This document shows positions 50,441-64,000 of a DNA stretch of 64,000 nucleotides, one piece after another. Position 1 is the first letter of the stretch. Every line of letters starts with the position of its first letter. The position numbers were made by a program, and so were the translations under genes. A model generated the notes under the pieces. The model saw only the letters and a program-made list of their open reading frames with translations. It searched no databases and was not told the DNA's origin. The DNA comes from Callorhinchus milii (Eukaryota), in assembly GCF_018977255.1 (NCBI RefSeq), contig NW_024704742.1, positions 74,898,001 through 74,962,000 on the forward strand, read 5' to 3'.

Positions 50441-51109
50441 TGTTTCTCTTCAAGGACAACAAGGTATGTCATACATTTCCTGTGTGCAAACAGTCCTCCT
50501 TTATGGTTCTAATCTCTGGGGGATGCAGTTGAGAGGCTTGCCATAGCCATTTGCAAAATCTAGGATCAAGCAGTGAAGTGGATTGGTGGCAAACACATGA
50601 AGCAGCTGGAGGAAGGGTGGTAGAGACCTAGGACTCATTTAAGAAACATCTCACTTGCTGTAATGCAATACTGGGAGGGTCAAATGGGACATAGACTTTC
50701 TTCATCAAAATATTTGTATGATATAATGCAGGATTTTTTTCATAAACCTTATATTTTTTAATAATACTTTTATTAAATATTTATTGAATACCTTTCTCTG
50801 TAGTTGTTGCATGGTGCACTCAGTTGTGAATGTTGAATATCTCACATAGCTTTACCTTTTTTGATAATAACAATCCTTGCATTTGATATAACGCCTTATC
50901 ACATCTTCGAGACGTCTTAAAGCGCTTCACAAAATATATTGTAAAGTGAATTGACTGTATATTTTGTGGGTGAAACACAGCAGCAATTGTGCACAGACGT
51001 GTCCCACAAACAGCCGTGGATTGAGTGACCAAATTATTTTTATTTATTTTGAAGGAATTATTACTCCCAGAAAACTGATCCGTCAATCAACTAACAACCA
51101 GGTTCCTAC

Positions 51110-52110
51110 TAGGGGGGAACCAGTAGATGTAGTTTATTTAGATTTTAAAAAGGCTTTTGACAAAGTGCCACACAAAAGGTTATTGCACAAGGTTAAGGTC
51201 CACGGGATTAATGGGAACATATTAGCATGGATTGAAGAGTGGCTAACGGGTAGCAAACAGAGAGTACGGATAAACGGGTCATTCTCGAATTGGCAGGTTG
51301 TGACTAGTGGAGTGCCACAAGGATCAGTGCTTGGGCCTCAGCTATTTACAATTTACATCAATGATCTAGACGAGGACATTGAATGTAACGTATCTAAATT
51401 CGCGGATGACACTAAACTAGGTGGGAGAGTAAGCTCTGAGGATGATGCAAAAAGATTGCAACGAGATATAGATAGGCCTGGGGAGTGGGCGAGTAGGTGG
51501 CAGATGGAATTTAATGTGGGGAAGTGTGAAGTTATTCACCTAGGTAGAAAAAATAGAAAAAGATTATTTTCTAGAGGGGGAGAGATTAGATTGTGTTAGT
51601 GTTCAGAGGGATTTGGGTGTCCTTGTACACCAGTCTCAAAAAGTTAGTTTGCAGGTGCAGCAAGAGCTAAGAAGGCGAACGGCATGTTAGCGTTCATTGC
51701 AAAAGGTTTAGAGTACAAGAGTAGGGAAGTCTTGCTGCAACTGTATAGGGCCTTGGTGAGACCGCACCTAGAGTATTGTGTGCAGTTTTGGTCTCCTTAT
51801 TTAAGAAAGGACATACTTGCCCTGGAGGGGGTGCAGCGTAGATTCACTCGGTTAGTTCCTGGGATGAGGGGACTGACCTATGAGGATAGGCTGAATAAAC
51901 TAGGGCTATATTCTCTAGAGTACAGAAAAATTAGGGGAGATCTTATTGAAACATATAAGATTCTTAAGGGGCTGGATAAAGTAGACACTGAGGGTCTGTT
52001 TCCCCTGGTAGGAGAATCTATAACCAGGGGTCACAGTCTTAAAATTAAGGGTCAGCCTTTTAGAACAGAGTTGAGGAAACATTTCTTCACTTTATGGAAT
52101 TCACTACCCC
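51110..52110 (+). mobile_element. CR1 LINE ORF2 (RT) fragment, relatively young, inserted within a SINE
   Basis: VDVVYLDFKKAFDKVPH..SGVPQGSVLGP..KFADDTKLGG..LVRPHLEYCVQFWSP; frameshifted. Confidence 0.95.
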
Positions 52111-55100
52111 AGTGTTTCACCCTGCTGGGAATCAAACCCAGGTCCTCTCTCTTGCAAGGCGATTGGTCTAACCAGTACGCTACAGAACTCCTTATTCATA
52201 GTGCTCCATATTGAAGGTTGGCAGAGCCGGAATCATTCACTGAGAAGTGGGAGGAATATAACGTGAGTAGGATTGATTGCTCAGGGGATTGGGATTGCGC
52301 AATGTTCAGTGATTTGTCGTCTTTGTATTTGTGTGAGCGGATGGGAATTGAGGCCTATGGCTAATGTTTCTATGTTCACTTCTCCTTATGGGGCCATTGG
52401 CAGCTGGGGTTGTTTCTTACTGCAACTTTGGTGCTAAAGTTCCAAGCACTTCCAATTTAACAGCTGATTTCTCTTCATCAAAACACAAAAGAAAATCTCG
52501 TACAAACCTATATTTGCTCTCTAAGCAACCACACTGCCAAGAATAAATAAGAGGTATATAAAGACCCATTAGAAGAATCCCTGAAGGCAGTCACAGCAGT
52601 AACTGCAGGTTTGTTTACCATTTTAAGATGAACTTCCTTTCTTTATGACATTGTGCCCACATATCGCCTGCAAATATACAGTCAATTCACTTTACAGTAT
52701 ATTCTGTGAAGCGCTTTGAAACATCTAGAAGACATGAAAAGTGCTATATCAAATGCAAGGTTTATTATTATTGTGGCAATCCACGTTGAGTCATTTTTAT
52801 TACAATTTTTATTTTGGTAGTTATAAATCATAATAATTATAATAAATCATTTAAGTGAATATTGAAAACGCAAGTATAGCAAAGTGTAAGAAACAACAAC
52901 AAATTTATATACAGTAATGCCTTTCACGTCAAGAAAATAAAAGAAACTTAAACTGGAAGCTGTCTGAATGAAATTGTAAATCTAATCATTTCAGAAATAA
53001 TTTTCTAAAGAATGTGACATTTAAAGTCTGCCCTCTGCGTTGAGATTCGCACCACTGCAATGACCTGCTTTGAACTATATTCCAATCTACTGAGAATACA
53101 GCCCAAGTGAATGTTTGATTTAATTACACAGATTTACATAGAACATTATAGCACAGAAACAGACCATCTGGTTCATTACTCCATGCCAGTATTTACACTC
53201 CACACAAACCTCCACCCTTAGTGAAAACCTCTATGTCCCCTTCTCATTCCTTTATATATCAAGTTTCATTTGCATATTTTCCATTAAACATCAGGGCCTA
53301 AGAATTGTTTCCATTCAACATGATATTTGCGTTCTTCCTCGCCTCCATCGGATTGTGCACCAGGAAATTACATACCATTTCTTCCACATCACTGAACAGT
53401 TGATTACTGTGCCATTGAAATGATTCCCATGCACTGTTCATTGCAAAAGGAAGTGTCAGTTAATAAAATGCACCAAAAGGATAGTTAAACAAAGATGCCT
53501 CTTCAGTCAATAGGATGTGGCTATAATCACAACAAAATGTATTCCATGGACTGAAACACGACAAAGTTTTCTCATTTTTATTCACTGTTTATATTGCAAA
53601 AATGCCCTCGGCATGTTGGGTCAAGCCACATTTTGAGGTGTCATTCCTTATCTCTACAGTAACCATAGAGCTGCCTCATTCTGTTAGCTTGTTTAGTTTG
53701 GCCAGTACACCAAGTTCCTCAAGAGCTTTTCTTTTTTTGTCTTCAGTCACAGATATTTTCTTGGGAACATGGAGACTTGGTTTGTTGCCAAACCATAACG
53801 AGTTACGGCCAACATTCAATACATTTATTGAATTTTGCTTAAAACGTTTATCATAATTGTTCCTCAACAACATTACTGGACACAAGTTCAGTGTTTCAAC
53901 ACTAAATTCTGTTCTGAATTCATATCTTGCTGCATAAAACTCAACAGTTTTGTCCATATACTGGGATTGTCACATTCACTTGGCATTGACCAGCTATAAC
54001 GTTCCTCCATGTGGACTTTATGTTTATTTTGTGCCAAATGCAGCACGTGTTATCCAGGACACCAGGCTACAGAGGACTGTGGAATCAGAGGAGACAGCCA
54101 TGATGTTACCAAGAGAGCTTGCAAGGTATGCACTTGGACTGAACACTGACATCTGAAGTGCATTACAGATAAATGTAATGCACAGGCCGACCCAATTAGA
54201 ATGAGCCCTGCTTCTCTTGAATCTTCTGTGAACCTGCACAAAATCAGAAAGTGCAGCACATTCAGTTTTGGTCTGACTAGCATCTTCCCAGGTCCCAGGA
54301 GGGTGCAAGCATTTTATGCAGAGTTGCCCGGCTCACCACAAGGGGTTGCTGGTACCTGGTATCACCTCGTATCCTGGCCAAACATCCATCAAATAAAATT
54401 GTCATTCATTTCATGGCTGTTTGTGGAACATTGCATGTGCAAATTGGCCCTCGCATTCACATACAAATTACACAGAGACTACAATTTACAGTAAATCATG
54501 TGAAGTGCTTTGAGGCATCTGAATGATTTGATAAAGTGCTATGTACAATGCAAGAATTAATATTATTCCATATAGTGAGGGCTCAAACCTGTGCTTGTCA
54601 AATGTTGAACTACACCTAATGCAGCTGAAACCTTCATACATACATTCATCATCTCCTCAATGATTCCAATGCTGGTCTCCCCAGCTCCACCATTCATAAA
54701 ATCTAATTAATGAAAAGCAAGTTGTTGTTGAATGACCAACTAGTGATTCCTTGGGTGAGAAAATTGGGATCTTCTTGGGGCTGAGATGGCCCCAATTAAT
54801 TCAAAACCACCACCCCTATCTTCACCCACACTAAATCCCACACCCCCATCTTCCAGTCCTTCCCAGGCTCCATTGATTGCCTATTGCAGAATGCATCGAT
54901 TTCAAAATCCTCATACTCATATACTAACCACTTCATGACTGACCATGAAAAATTGGAATCAAGTTGTGAGTTTTCTTAGTCCACTCTGCCAAATCAGGCA
55001 GGGCCACTCCATTGCACTCAAAGATACTGCTGTGGCAGACCACCAGCCTGGCTCATCAACAGGATTTAGAGGGGTAGTCCAAGTAATGGAGGCAGATATT

Positions 55101-56799
55101 TTTCCAATGCAGCTCCTGTTAGCCCAGCAATCCAAAGCCCTAATGAGTAGGGCAATCCTAATTGGACAAATAGTAGGAAACTTGTACAGTACTTATACAA
55201 GATACAGAACCGTGCAATCTTCTCCAGTCTTAATTTCCAACCTTCACTTCTTTATTGAAATACCTGTTCTTCCAGGAGCCCCCACCAACACTTTACCTGT
55301 TATATAAATATGCTAAAGCCTATCCCTCCTTACTTACAAGCTTGCATGCTGCCACTGCTTCCACATCATCATGTTTGGTAGCTGAATATGCATATTGCAT
55401 AAACCTCCTGGTTAAGATAATGTCACAGGCTTTGGAATGCAGTGTGAGGACCTGCTCATAAAGTGATTGAATGGTGATTTAGAAATGATAGAGCAGGGAG
55501 ATGTGAGTACTTGAGTGGAGTGGGAACCATGAGTATAAAAATTAGAGTATGGGCTGGAGGGGGGTGAAATTATTATCAGTGCATCAATTCTCACATTGAT
55601 ATTTCTATCTGTCTCTATCTCTATGTATACATTGTGTGTGAAAGGAATGCAGAGAAGCACATGTGCTTCCATAACTCAGGCAGTCTAAGGCAATTCTAGT
55701 TAATACCTTATCACTGTTAAACATTCCTCTCGGACAAATCTCATGAACCATCCTTATATACCTGAGGTAGAACTAAAATCAAAGTGAGATATGAAGTTTG
55801 GATAATTCTGTTCTTTTCTAAAGCGAGGAAAGTTTTCCAGCTGATACAAGCACTATGCAACTTGACATTGTGCAGACACACATTGTGAATGAAAAAGGTT
55901 GGATTACAAGGCTTGCCAAACCTAAAAGGCCTAACCAACATCTTTAGTTGAAATTTATAGTGGCTTTTTATTTATTCTTTGAGAGTCTGAGTTTCTCCAC
56001 CATTGAGGCTTCTCAGGAACGCGAAGAGTAGATAAAAACATTTAGAAATGATCTTCCACACTGGTAGTAATGATTCACGATGAGAGATTTAGGAGCAGCC
56101 AGTAAATCTATTTGGGTTATGTTTGAAATAAGTGGGTAAAATACATCAGCAATCCGTTTTCTGTAAAAAGAGTAGTAATGTAAGAGTAGGGCAAAATTCC
56201 CTAAGGAAATGGTGACTACAACACAATTATAAAAATAGAATAAAACACAATGGAAAAATGAAAAGGAGAAGAACAGTCAAAGATGGAGGAACTTGACTGG
56301 GAAAAGCAAATCTGGATAAACTTAAGAGCGGAATTGGTCTAGAAAATCTTAGCTGTGCCCCCTCAGGTCACCTTTGTGCTGCCAACTGAGTCAGGCTAAC
56401 ACTTTACTACATATAGGAAGTACGAATAGGAGACAAGTATACTCCATGTGTACAACAACTTTTGAGGGAAAGGTAGATAATTATTTGGGGAGGACAAGTT
56501 TGCATGGCTGTGGGGAGAAAGCGGGGCAGTGGGTTTGAATTGGAAAACTCTTTTCAAAGAACCGGCACAGACACGATGGACCGAATGGCCTCCTTCTGTG
56601 CTGTTTAATTCTATGTGAATGGAATAAAACTTACCAAGGGGAAGCTGAAAGAGATCTTTAGATGCAAGAAGATTCATGGCTGACTATGTTTACACAATGT
56701 GAGATAGTAATAAAGAAGGCAAACAGGATGAGTTCAGTTCAAGTCCCCAGAAGGTATGTCTTAACCATACAGTGCTCAAGTTAGGCTGCTCAGGCTCTA

Positions 56800-57183
56800 T
56801 AATAAATAATGGTAATCCTTGAATTTGATATAGCACCTTATCATGTCTTCTAGACGTCTCAAAGCACTTCACAGGATATATTGGAAAGTGAATTGACTGT
56901 ATATTGTGTGGGAAAAACCCAGCAGCCAATTGTGCACAGCAGTGTCCCACAAATAGTTGTGGATTGGGTGTCCAAATTCGTCTTTATTATTTATTTATGA
57001 AAGGATTATTATCCCTGGAAAAGCAATCCGACAATTGACTAACAATCGGGTGCTCACTTACTGCTAGGTAAACAGAGGTGTGTGGAGTAAGGAAACTTGC
57101 CCAACATTTTGCCCTGCCTGGGAATTAAACATAGGTCCTCTCACTTGCGAGGTGAGTGCTCGAACCACTAAACAACAGGACTC
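56800..57183 (-). mobile_element. Older, longer SINE subfamily copy (also at 6437-6765 +, 24855-25175 -, 43480-43845 -, 50863-51110 -)
   Basis: Carries an extra internal segment ..cacacctctgtttacctagcagtaagt..gttagtcaattg.. that the young copies lack. Confidence 0.85.
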
Positions 57184-59099
57184 GAGGATCTGAGCAGCTG
57201 CCCTTTGTCGTGAAAGCATGAGGATGATCCCAGTCTGAGATTAAATGGCTGAGCAACCATTAGACAAGCTAAGGATCTTCAATCTTCGAAAGAGATGTCT
57301 TAGAGCTATAGATGTAAACAACTTTTAAAATGGGATTGAAAATGAAAACACAGAATAATATTTTCAGATGCAGCAAGACATAAGGGGACACAGTTTAATC
57401 ATTGCAACGGACATCTTTTAGACAAGAAACTTTTCTTTACCCAGAGGGTAATTAAGGACTGGAACAGGTTACCAAGAAACGTGGTTGAGAGCAAGACACT
57501 GAACTCATTTAGAAAAATAGCTTAATGCTGTGATGGAAAGACAGTAGGGTGGATATTGGAAGGATGAGATCAAATGGACCAAAGGTTATCTGAACCTCTT
57601 TTGTGGGGTGCACAAGATGTGACCCCACTTCCTTCAGGGCGCTATTGAATTGCAAGTCATTGTTGTGAGAGGGAATATCTATTAAATGGTAAAATTTTGT
57701 AAAAGAGTAGAAGCAATGGTTTTATTTTGGTTAAAGTCAGGTTTTAGACTCAACCATATAGATCACAGCAAACTCCAGAATATATTCCTGTTTAAAAGAT
57801 GAGATTCTCCTGTAGGCTCAGTCAGCTAACCATCTACCTGCTACTTAGTGTAGGATGCCATACAGGAGCAATGTCATTTCATAATTCACGCAGTTTCGTA
57901 ATTGTTTTGAAACCTGCAAACTACTTTGTTCTGAAACAATGACATTTCATTTGATAATTATTGATTAGTTTAACATCAGAACTGACACTTTTGACAGAAC
58001 AATTTACTCTGTAGGAATTTTTTAAAACTTTCAACTACCATCTTAGAAGTAACAGTGGCAGAAAAGTGTATTTTATTAGCCCAAACAGAAGGATCTGATA
58101 CAGATTTTACAGAATACAGGCGTTGATTTAAAACAGTCAAATCATCTGTTCTCCATGATTTGTAAACATTTCAAAAATGGCCATTGTTGGTGCACATGTA
58201 TAGAGTTATCGTTAATCAGAATAAACCCTTGCGGCAGAATAATCCCAGAATCCACTCTAAAATTAGAAATCACTGCAGCATTAGGCTTTTAATATTTAGA
58301 GACCTGTTTGATAGGTTATAGCAGGATTTGAAATGAATAAATCTAAATGTATTCTGGGCCACCTTCACTATCTATTCGACTATCCAATTAGATGACTTGC
58401 AAAAGAGGTCTCCAGAATAGAGGTCAACAGCAGACTTCATTTAACAAATGCCCACCCCCAGCTCGAGAGCCAACCCTGACTATCCAGGAGACCTCTTTCG
58501 CATGTCAGCTAATTGGATGTTACTATACACACACAGGCTACTGGAGTTTGCTGAGTCTAAGTGTTTAATAAAATGCAGGTCCACTGAACCTGACCGTGTA
58601 ATAGTGATATTAATATTACTTGCATGTGATATTGATCTTGCATAAGATGACCTTATCGGATTGTTGAAACGTCTCACAGTGCATCAAAGGGTTTTCCTGT
58701 AAAATGTAGTGACCGCGTTTTTTTGTAATATGATAAAAGCAATTTTCTTCTTACTGTTTGATTTTCAATGGAAAAACACCTTAACACCTGGGCACCTGAA
58801 CATCATATCCATAAAACATTTTTGTCAAAACAGCAGACTTTATTTCACAAATATCCAGATGAAATATAGTTATTCCTGGAAAATAGACTTGGTGTACTTG
58901 AAGACAATCCCATAAAACATGAGATGAGGCCAAGAGCATTTCCAACAATCAACATTTCTCTGCCTGTCTTACATTGTGTTGGAAAAAAACGTGAATCACT
59001 CTTAAGTTCTATCAAGCACATGTTTGTACTGTAAAAGATAGAATGGACATTGTACTCGATCCAATTCAGATTAATCCCAATTTCTTCTCCTATTCTTCT

Positions 59100-59590
59100 C
59101 AATCCCACCCTCGCTCGCCTCCACTGGCTCCCCATCCCCCAGAGGATCGATTTCAAGATCCTCATCCTCACCTACAAGGCCATTCACGGCCTTGCTCCCT
59201 CCTACCTCTCCGACCTACTATCCCCCTACCTACCTGCCCGTACCCTCCGTTCCTCTGGCTCCGGTCTCCTCCACATCCCCCGCCCCAACCACCCTACCAT
59301 CGGTGGCCGGGCCTTCAGCCTCTCAGCCCCGAGGCTCTGGAACTCTATCCCCCAGTGCCTTTGCCGCCTCCTCCCTTTCCTCCTTCAAGGCCAGTCTCAA
59401 GACCTTTCTCTTTGACCGTGCCTTCAGCTCCCCTCTCAACTCTCTACCCCCTCCTCGCTCCCTCCCTTCCCTCCCCTCACCCTGACCATTTACCCCCCAA
59501 TGCTCGGGTCCTGACCCAACTGTACAGCGCCTTGGGACATCCTCCCGACGTGAAAGGCGCTCTATAAATGGAATCTTGTTGTTGTTGTTG
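59100..59590 (+). mobile_element. Young L2 LINE 3' fragment
   Basis: LARLHWLPIPQRIDFKILILTYKAIHGLAPSYLSDLL..GGRAFSLSAPRLWNS; (GTT)n tail. Confidence 0.93.
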
Positions 59591-60044
59591 TAGTATTGGT
59601 GTTTAATGGACTATTACCACCCTATGGTTGTTATTCTGTTTGTGGATGTCCATGCTTTTTAGATAGTTACACAGCAATTACCACTCAAATAGGAAATGTT
59701 CAGTTTCCACTAAGAAGATGCCTTACTTACTGTGATCCTTTCTGGCAGTGGTCACCGTGGTAGCAGTGATGACTAAAGGAGAAAGTGAGCCCATACTCTT
59801 TTGCTTCTTCATAGTCTATCCTCAATTAAAGTAACGCAATATTATGACCCTGTTATTCCGGTGATCCTTTCCTAGATTGCTTATGTATTTCTACTTCAAT
59901 TTCCTTCCAACAATCCAGGGATCTGTAATAGACTTACACAAAGATTACTGCTCTCTTACTCATCTGTATTTCTAGCCAATCCTTTTTATGGTCTGTGATA
60001 GTCTCCTACAAGCAGACCCACTCCTAATTCCAGACTGTCTGTCT

Positions 60045-60163
60045 CACAGACTAGCCATCTCCCGTCCCCAGACTAGCCGACTCCCATCGCCAGATTAGCC
60101 ATTCCTGTTCCCAGACTAGCCATCTCCCATCCCCAGACTAGTCGTTCCCACTCCCAGACTAAC
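60045..60163. repeat. About 21-bp tandem repeat (CCCAGACTAGCCATCTCCCAT), about 6 units
   Basis: Directly visible. Confidence 0.85.
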
Positions 60164-63100
60164 ATACAACACTTCTGGCCATCCAATGTTCCCTCTTCAT
60201 TCCCCTGTTGACCAACAATCTCTCCCCTCTGCTGCACATTATCTTCTTTCAAAACTACCATAATCACTCACTGCCTCAAGAAACCCTCACTCACATTATG
60301 CTATCCAGGTATTGATGCTTCTCCAACTTGCTGCAGGTCTCCATTCTTTCCACCTTTGACCCAGGCTCTCTCTGCCGCCTTGTTTTCATGACCTCTCTGT
60401 TGCCTTTGACAATATCAACCACTCCATCCTTCTCCACCATCTCTCTTCCCCGATCCATCTCCATGAGTTTGTCCTTTTATGGTTCATCTATCCCACCATT
60501 TCCACTTTGTCTTTTTTAATGTATTCTTCTCCCATTACCAAAGAGTCACATGTCGTGTTCCTCAGGGCTCTATCCTCTGGATCACCATCTAAATCCTCTT
60601 CCTTGGAGACATCATTCGTAGGCACAGGATCCACTTCCACATGTATGCATAAGACACCCAACCCTATCTCTCTGCCATGATCAGTGCCATTATGCCAATT
60701 GTCTATTGGACATCAAGTTCTGGCTTAGTTCTACCTTTCTACAGCTAAATGTCAACATGATTGAGGCTCTCCTGCTTGGCTTCTGTCAGCGCTCCCTCCT
60801 ATCCCTCTCCTAGCTTAGTCTCCCACAATCTTTGTGAAGTTCCTTAAGATTTACTCTGTACATGCAAAACAAGTGTAAATTGTATTATTGTTAAAGTTTG
60901 AGTAATTTGTTTCCGATGTCTGGCATCAGATGTTAGTTCCCCAATCCCATTGCCTGTTTATCCCATTCTATTGCTATCTTATAGTTTTTATGGTTAAGAA
61001 CCCTATTGGAGATTGTAAGGATAGAGCATAGGGAAGACACTTTTGGAATTAGATGCATCCAGTACAAATAGTGTCATTCCATGAGAGTAGAAGATGGCCA
61101 CAAGATACAACTGAGAAGTTAAATTATTTGTATGTGAAGCAAAAGTGAAGTGACCTTAAGGAGGATACAATGTCTTTTTACCCCAAAATCCATTTGTATC
61201 AGGTAAGAGAGAAATATAACAAGAACAAGTAACAATGGCTGAATAACAAGGTCAGACGAACTGAGAAGCCAAATAAATATTTTAAAAGATACTTAACACC
61301 CACCTGATTGTACCACTGGCAATTTGAATTTCCAGCTCAGTGTGAGAGAGTGGGTGGAGGAGTTCATGTCCTCAACTCACATTTTTTGGACTTGTGCAAG
61401 GGTCCAGCCCCTGAGATGTTTCAGAAGAGACCAAGGTCATCACTGACTTCGTATTCACACCCCAATCATACTGGACTATATACTGGAGTCACCATTGAAA
61501 TCCCATTATACTTCAATTGAGCCCATGTTGTGAATCTCCTCTTTTTTGTAGTTAGGAAATGTACATGTGTGGGTGATGCTTTTATATTGCATTTAGAATT
61601 TTTTTAAAAAAAACAAATAATTTGGACAGGGAGTCAAATAAAAGGCATTGATGTCAACTTAAGGAATGTTGCAACACTGGGGAATTCTGTACTGTCAATC
61701 CCTCGTGACAAGCTAGCAACAAACAGTTCTTGGGAATTAAATCTATATTGTTATTTTCTTGAAGCCTCTGCATGTGAGCCTGCAGAGCCTGCACAAACCT
61801 CTCTTGAAAAACGTCAATAGATGTTAACTTGCTAATAATAATCCTTGCATTTGATACAGTGTCTTTCACATAGAGAGAACATTTCAAAGCTCCACAGGAT
61901 TTTCTGTAAAGTATAGTGACTATATTTTGCAGGTAAACACAGCTGACGATTTGCACACACCAACGTTATGTGCAAAACATGTACAGGTTGAACAGAAGAG
62001 ACCGAGGACCGAGCCCTGAGGAGCACCACAAGAGACGGTGCAGGGGCTGGGGGAGAAGCCATTTATGGAGACAGGACAGGATTTGGTTTATAATAATAAT
62101 CCTTGCATTTGACATAGCACCTTATCGCATCTTCAAGACGTCTCAAAGTACTTCACAGAATATACTGTAAACTGAATTGATTGTATATTTTGTGGGTAAA
62201 ATGTGACAGCCAATTAATTGTGCATGCACTTAACTTACAGCCCATGTCAACATCGATATAAACTTTGGCACACTTATGTTGACAGGTAATTATCCTCACT
62301 TGTGATACATGAATCAGTGAGTGAGGTAATGATTAGGTGAGTGATTACAGGTTAATGTGTGGGACATGTGAGTGTACATGGCATTTGTAAGGTTAGTTTG
62401 CACTATAAAGTAGTGTGATGTGCAAAGAAGAATTTAGAATGTGTGAAGGATTGCAGACCATTATTGCTCAATCAGAGCCATCAAAAGAAATGGAGGAAGC
62501 AGCTAAGTATTTGGCCAAGCTGGAAGTGCTATCCCAAAAAGATCAAGTGTTATGTATGGAACAGTGTACTCTTAAATAATAGTGTTTTAAGTTCAAATTA
62601 TCACATGGGTTCCAGAAAATGCTTCTAATTATAGCATTTTATATGAAATACATGTAAATAAATGTTTCTGCAATTTACAACCACCATTCATGTTTCTGTG
62701 TTGTTCAGTCATTTGTTGACAATGTTGACAAAATTCTCACGTTTCCCAGTATGTCAATATAAATGGCTAGGACTGGAACGTAATATGCCATGAAACTCTT
62801 TATTCTCTTATGCCACCTGTTTTTTTTGTGTAACAGGCTCCTCCTTGTTTCCCTTCCAGCTGTGTCCTTCTCCTCCCCTCATTGTGGCTGCAGGCTGCGG
62901 TATTGCAAGGTGCTAGCTGGGGGGGATTGTATTGTAGAGACAACAAACCATCCTGATAATGGTTTCATTCACATTAATCTTTACGAAATTTAAATGTAAA
63001 CAAAACAAACATAATAAAATCTTAGATGGAGTACAGAAGGATATGGTCTTCCACAAAAGATGGGGTCAACTTCCCCATGTATGTGGATGACAGCCAGATT

Positions 63101-64000
63101 TACTATTTCTCCTACAGCTGTGACCCTATGCTCTGTCCTCTTGCTTGTCAGACATCAAAGCTTGGGTGAGTGCCAACTTTGTGCAGCTGAATATTGATAA
63201 GACAGAATCCATCCTCCTTGGCTCCAGTCAAAGTCTCTCAGCTGTGACTCCAACCTCCCGGGTCTGTCCCTCAGATGTACTGAACCTGTGCGTAACCTCA
63301 GGTTCAATCCCCAGCTATCCTTCCTGACCAGGACCATTTCTCTTTACCTCCACCTCTGACCATATCTCACACCTAATGCAGCCGAAACCTTTATCCACAC
63401 ATTCATCACTTTCCATCTTCAATTGTCAAATGCTCTCCGCACCAAGCTCCTCAGCTGCTGCTAATAATCTTCTTCACTGATAGTTACACTTCCAATTTTT
63501 GCATCATATGCAAACTTAGAAATTGTGTGCAGTGTATATCCTGAAGAGCTTTGAGACAATTTCCTGACATAAAAAAAATTTTCACCAGTGATTAATGTGA
63601 AGTGCTTGGAGATGTTTTGATGTGATAAAGCCCTACATCAAATGCAAATATTCCCATGAGGATGATTTTTGGGGTCTGTAGGTGTCTGACACAAACCGAT
63701 CACCTTGGAGTGTATCCAAAACAGATTGGAGAGTTCCACATTTGCCATATATGCTTGGATATTTTCCCATGTATGGAAATGGAATGCACACACTCTCCCT
63801 GGAGGGATGCGTCCTACTTACCTAATTCTGGAGAGTATTAGGCACAGGTTGGCAAGAGCCAAGGACCCAGTTGGGTACTGCTGGAGTCTGACCAACTGAA
63901 ACCAGACAGCATTCTATTTCATGCTGAGCTGTGCTGCCCAGCAGGAAGATTCAGGATGTTCCTGCCATCCTCCTACTATAAACTTAAAACCATAACTGTG

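Noticed and set aside
50455..50463. Plus-strand 9-nt micro-exon GACAACAAG with good splice sites
   Set aside because: It appears to lie in the continuation of the LINE relic beside a SINE tail, with no host gene evident.
55823..55897. Plus-strand exon candidate EESFPADTSTMQLDIVQTHIVNEK
   Set aside because: Weak donor, phase incompatible with the candidate exon at 48767-48850, and no recognisable homology.
63822..63895. Minus-strand exon with a strong GTAAGT donor
   Set aside because: The plus strand reads like a decayed RTE LINE C-terminus (NRLESFH.., RPTYLI...RA), and no partner exons were found.

Overview
A repeat-dense vertebrate window, most likely from a cartilaginous fish, judging by the mix of L2 and CR1 LINEs, a tRNA-Ala-derived SINE with an L2-type tail and Deu-domain SINE relics; the species is my inference. 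The one gene I can reconstruct is a minus-strand, multi-exon cytochrome P450 of the CYP16 / 'CYP120-like' type (CYP26 clan). It has nine GT-AG, phase-compatible coding exons from 44390 down to 9895, giving 345 codons with no stops and intact ExxR and PERW motifs. I did not find the heme-Cys exon, which probably lies left of position 1. The protein has no N-terminal membrane anchor and a non-canonical I-helix (ALIPKA where AGx[D/E]T is expected). A CpG-rich promoter and putative non-coding first exon near 48660-48960 directly abuts a 3.2 kb (CA)n-linked minisatellite. The introns also hold a Penelope relic with a minimal hammerhead ribozyme, a non-autonomous Helitron, TIR elements, and two relics of an unusual non-L2/non-CR1 LINE. 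Almost all ORFs in the supplied track are TE fragments or antisense shadows.
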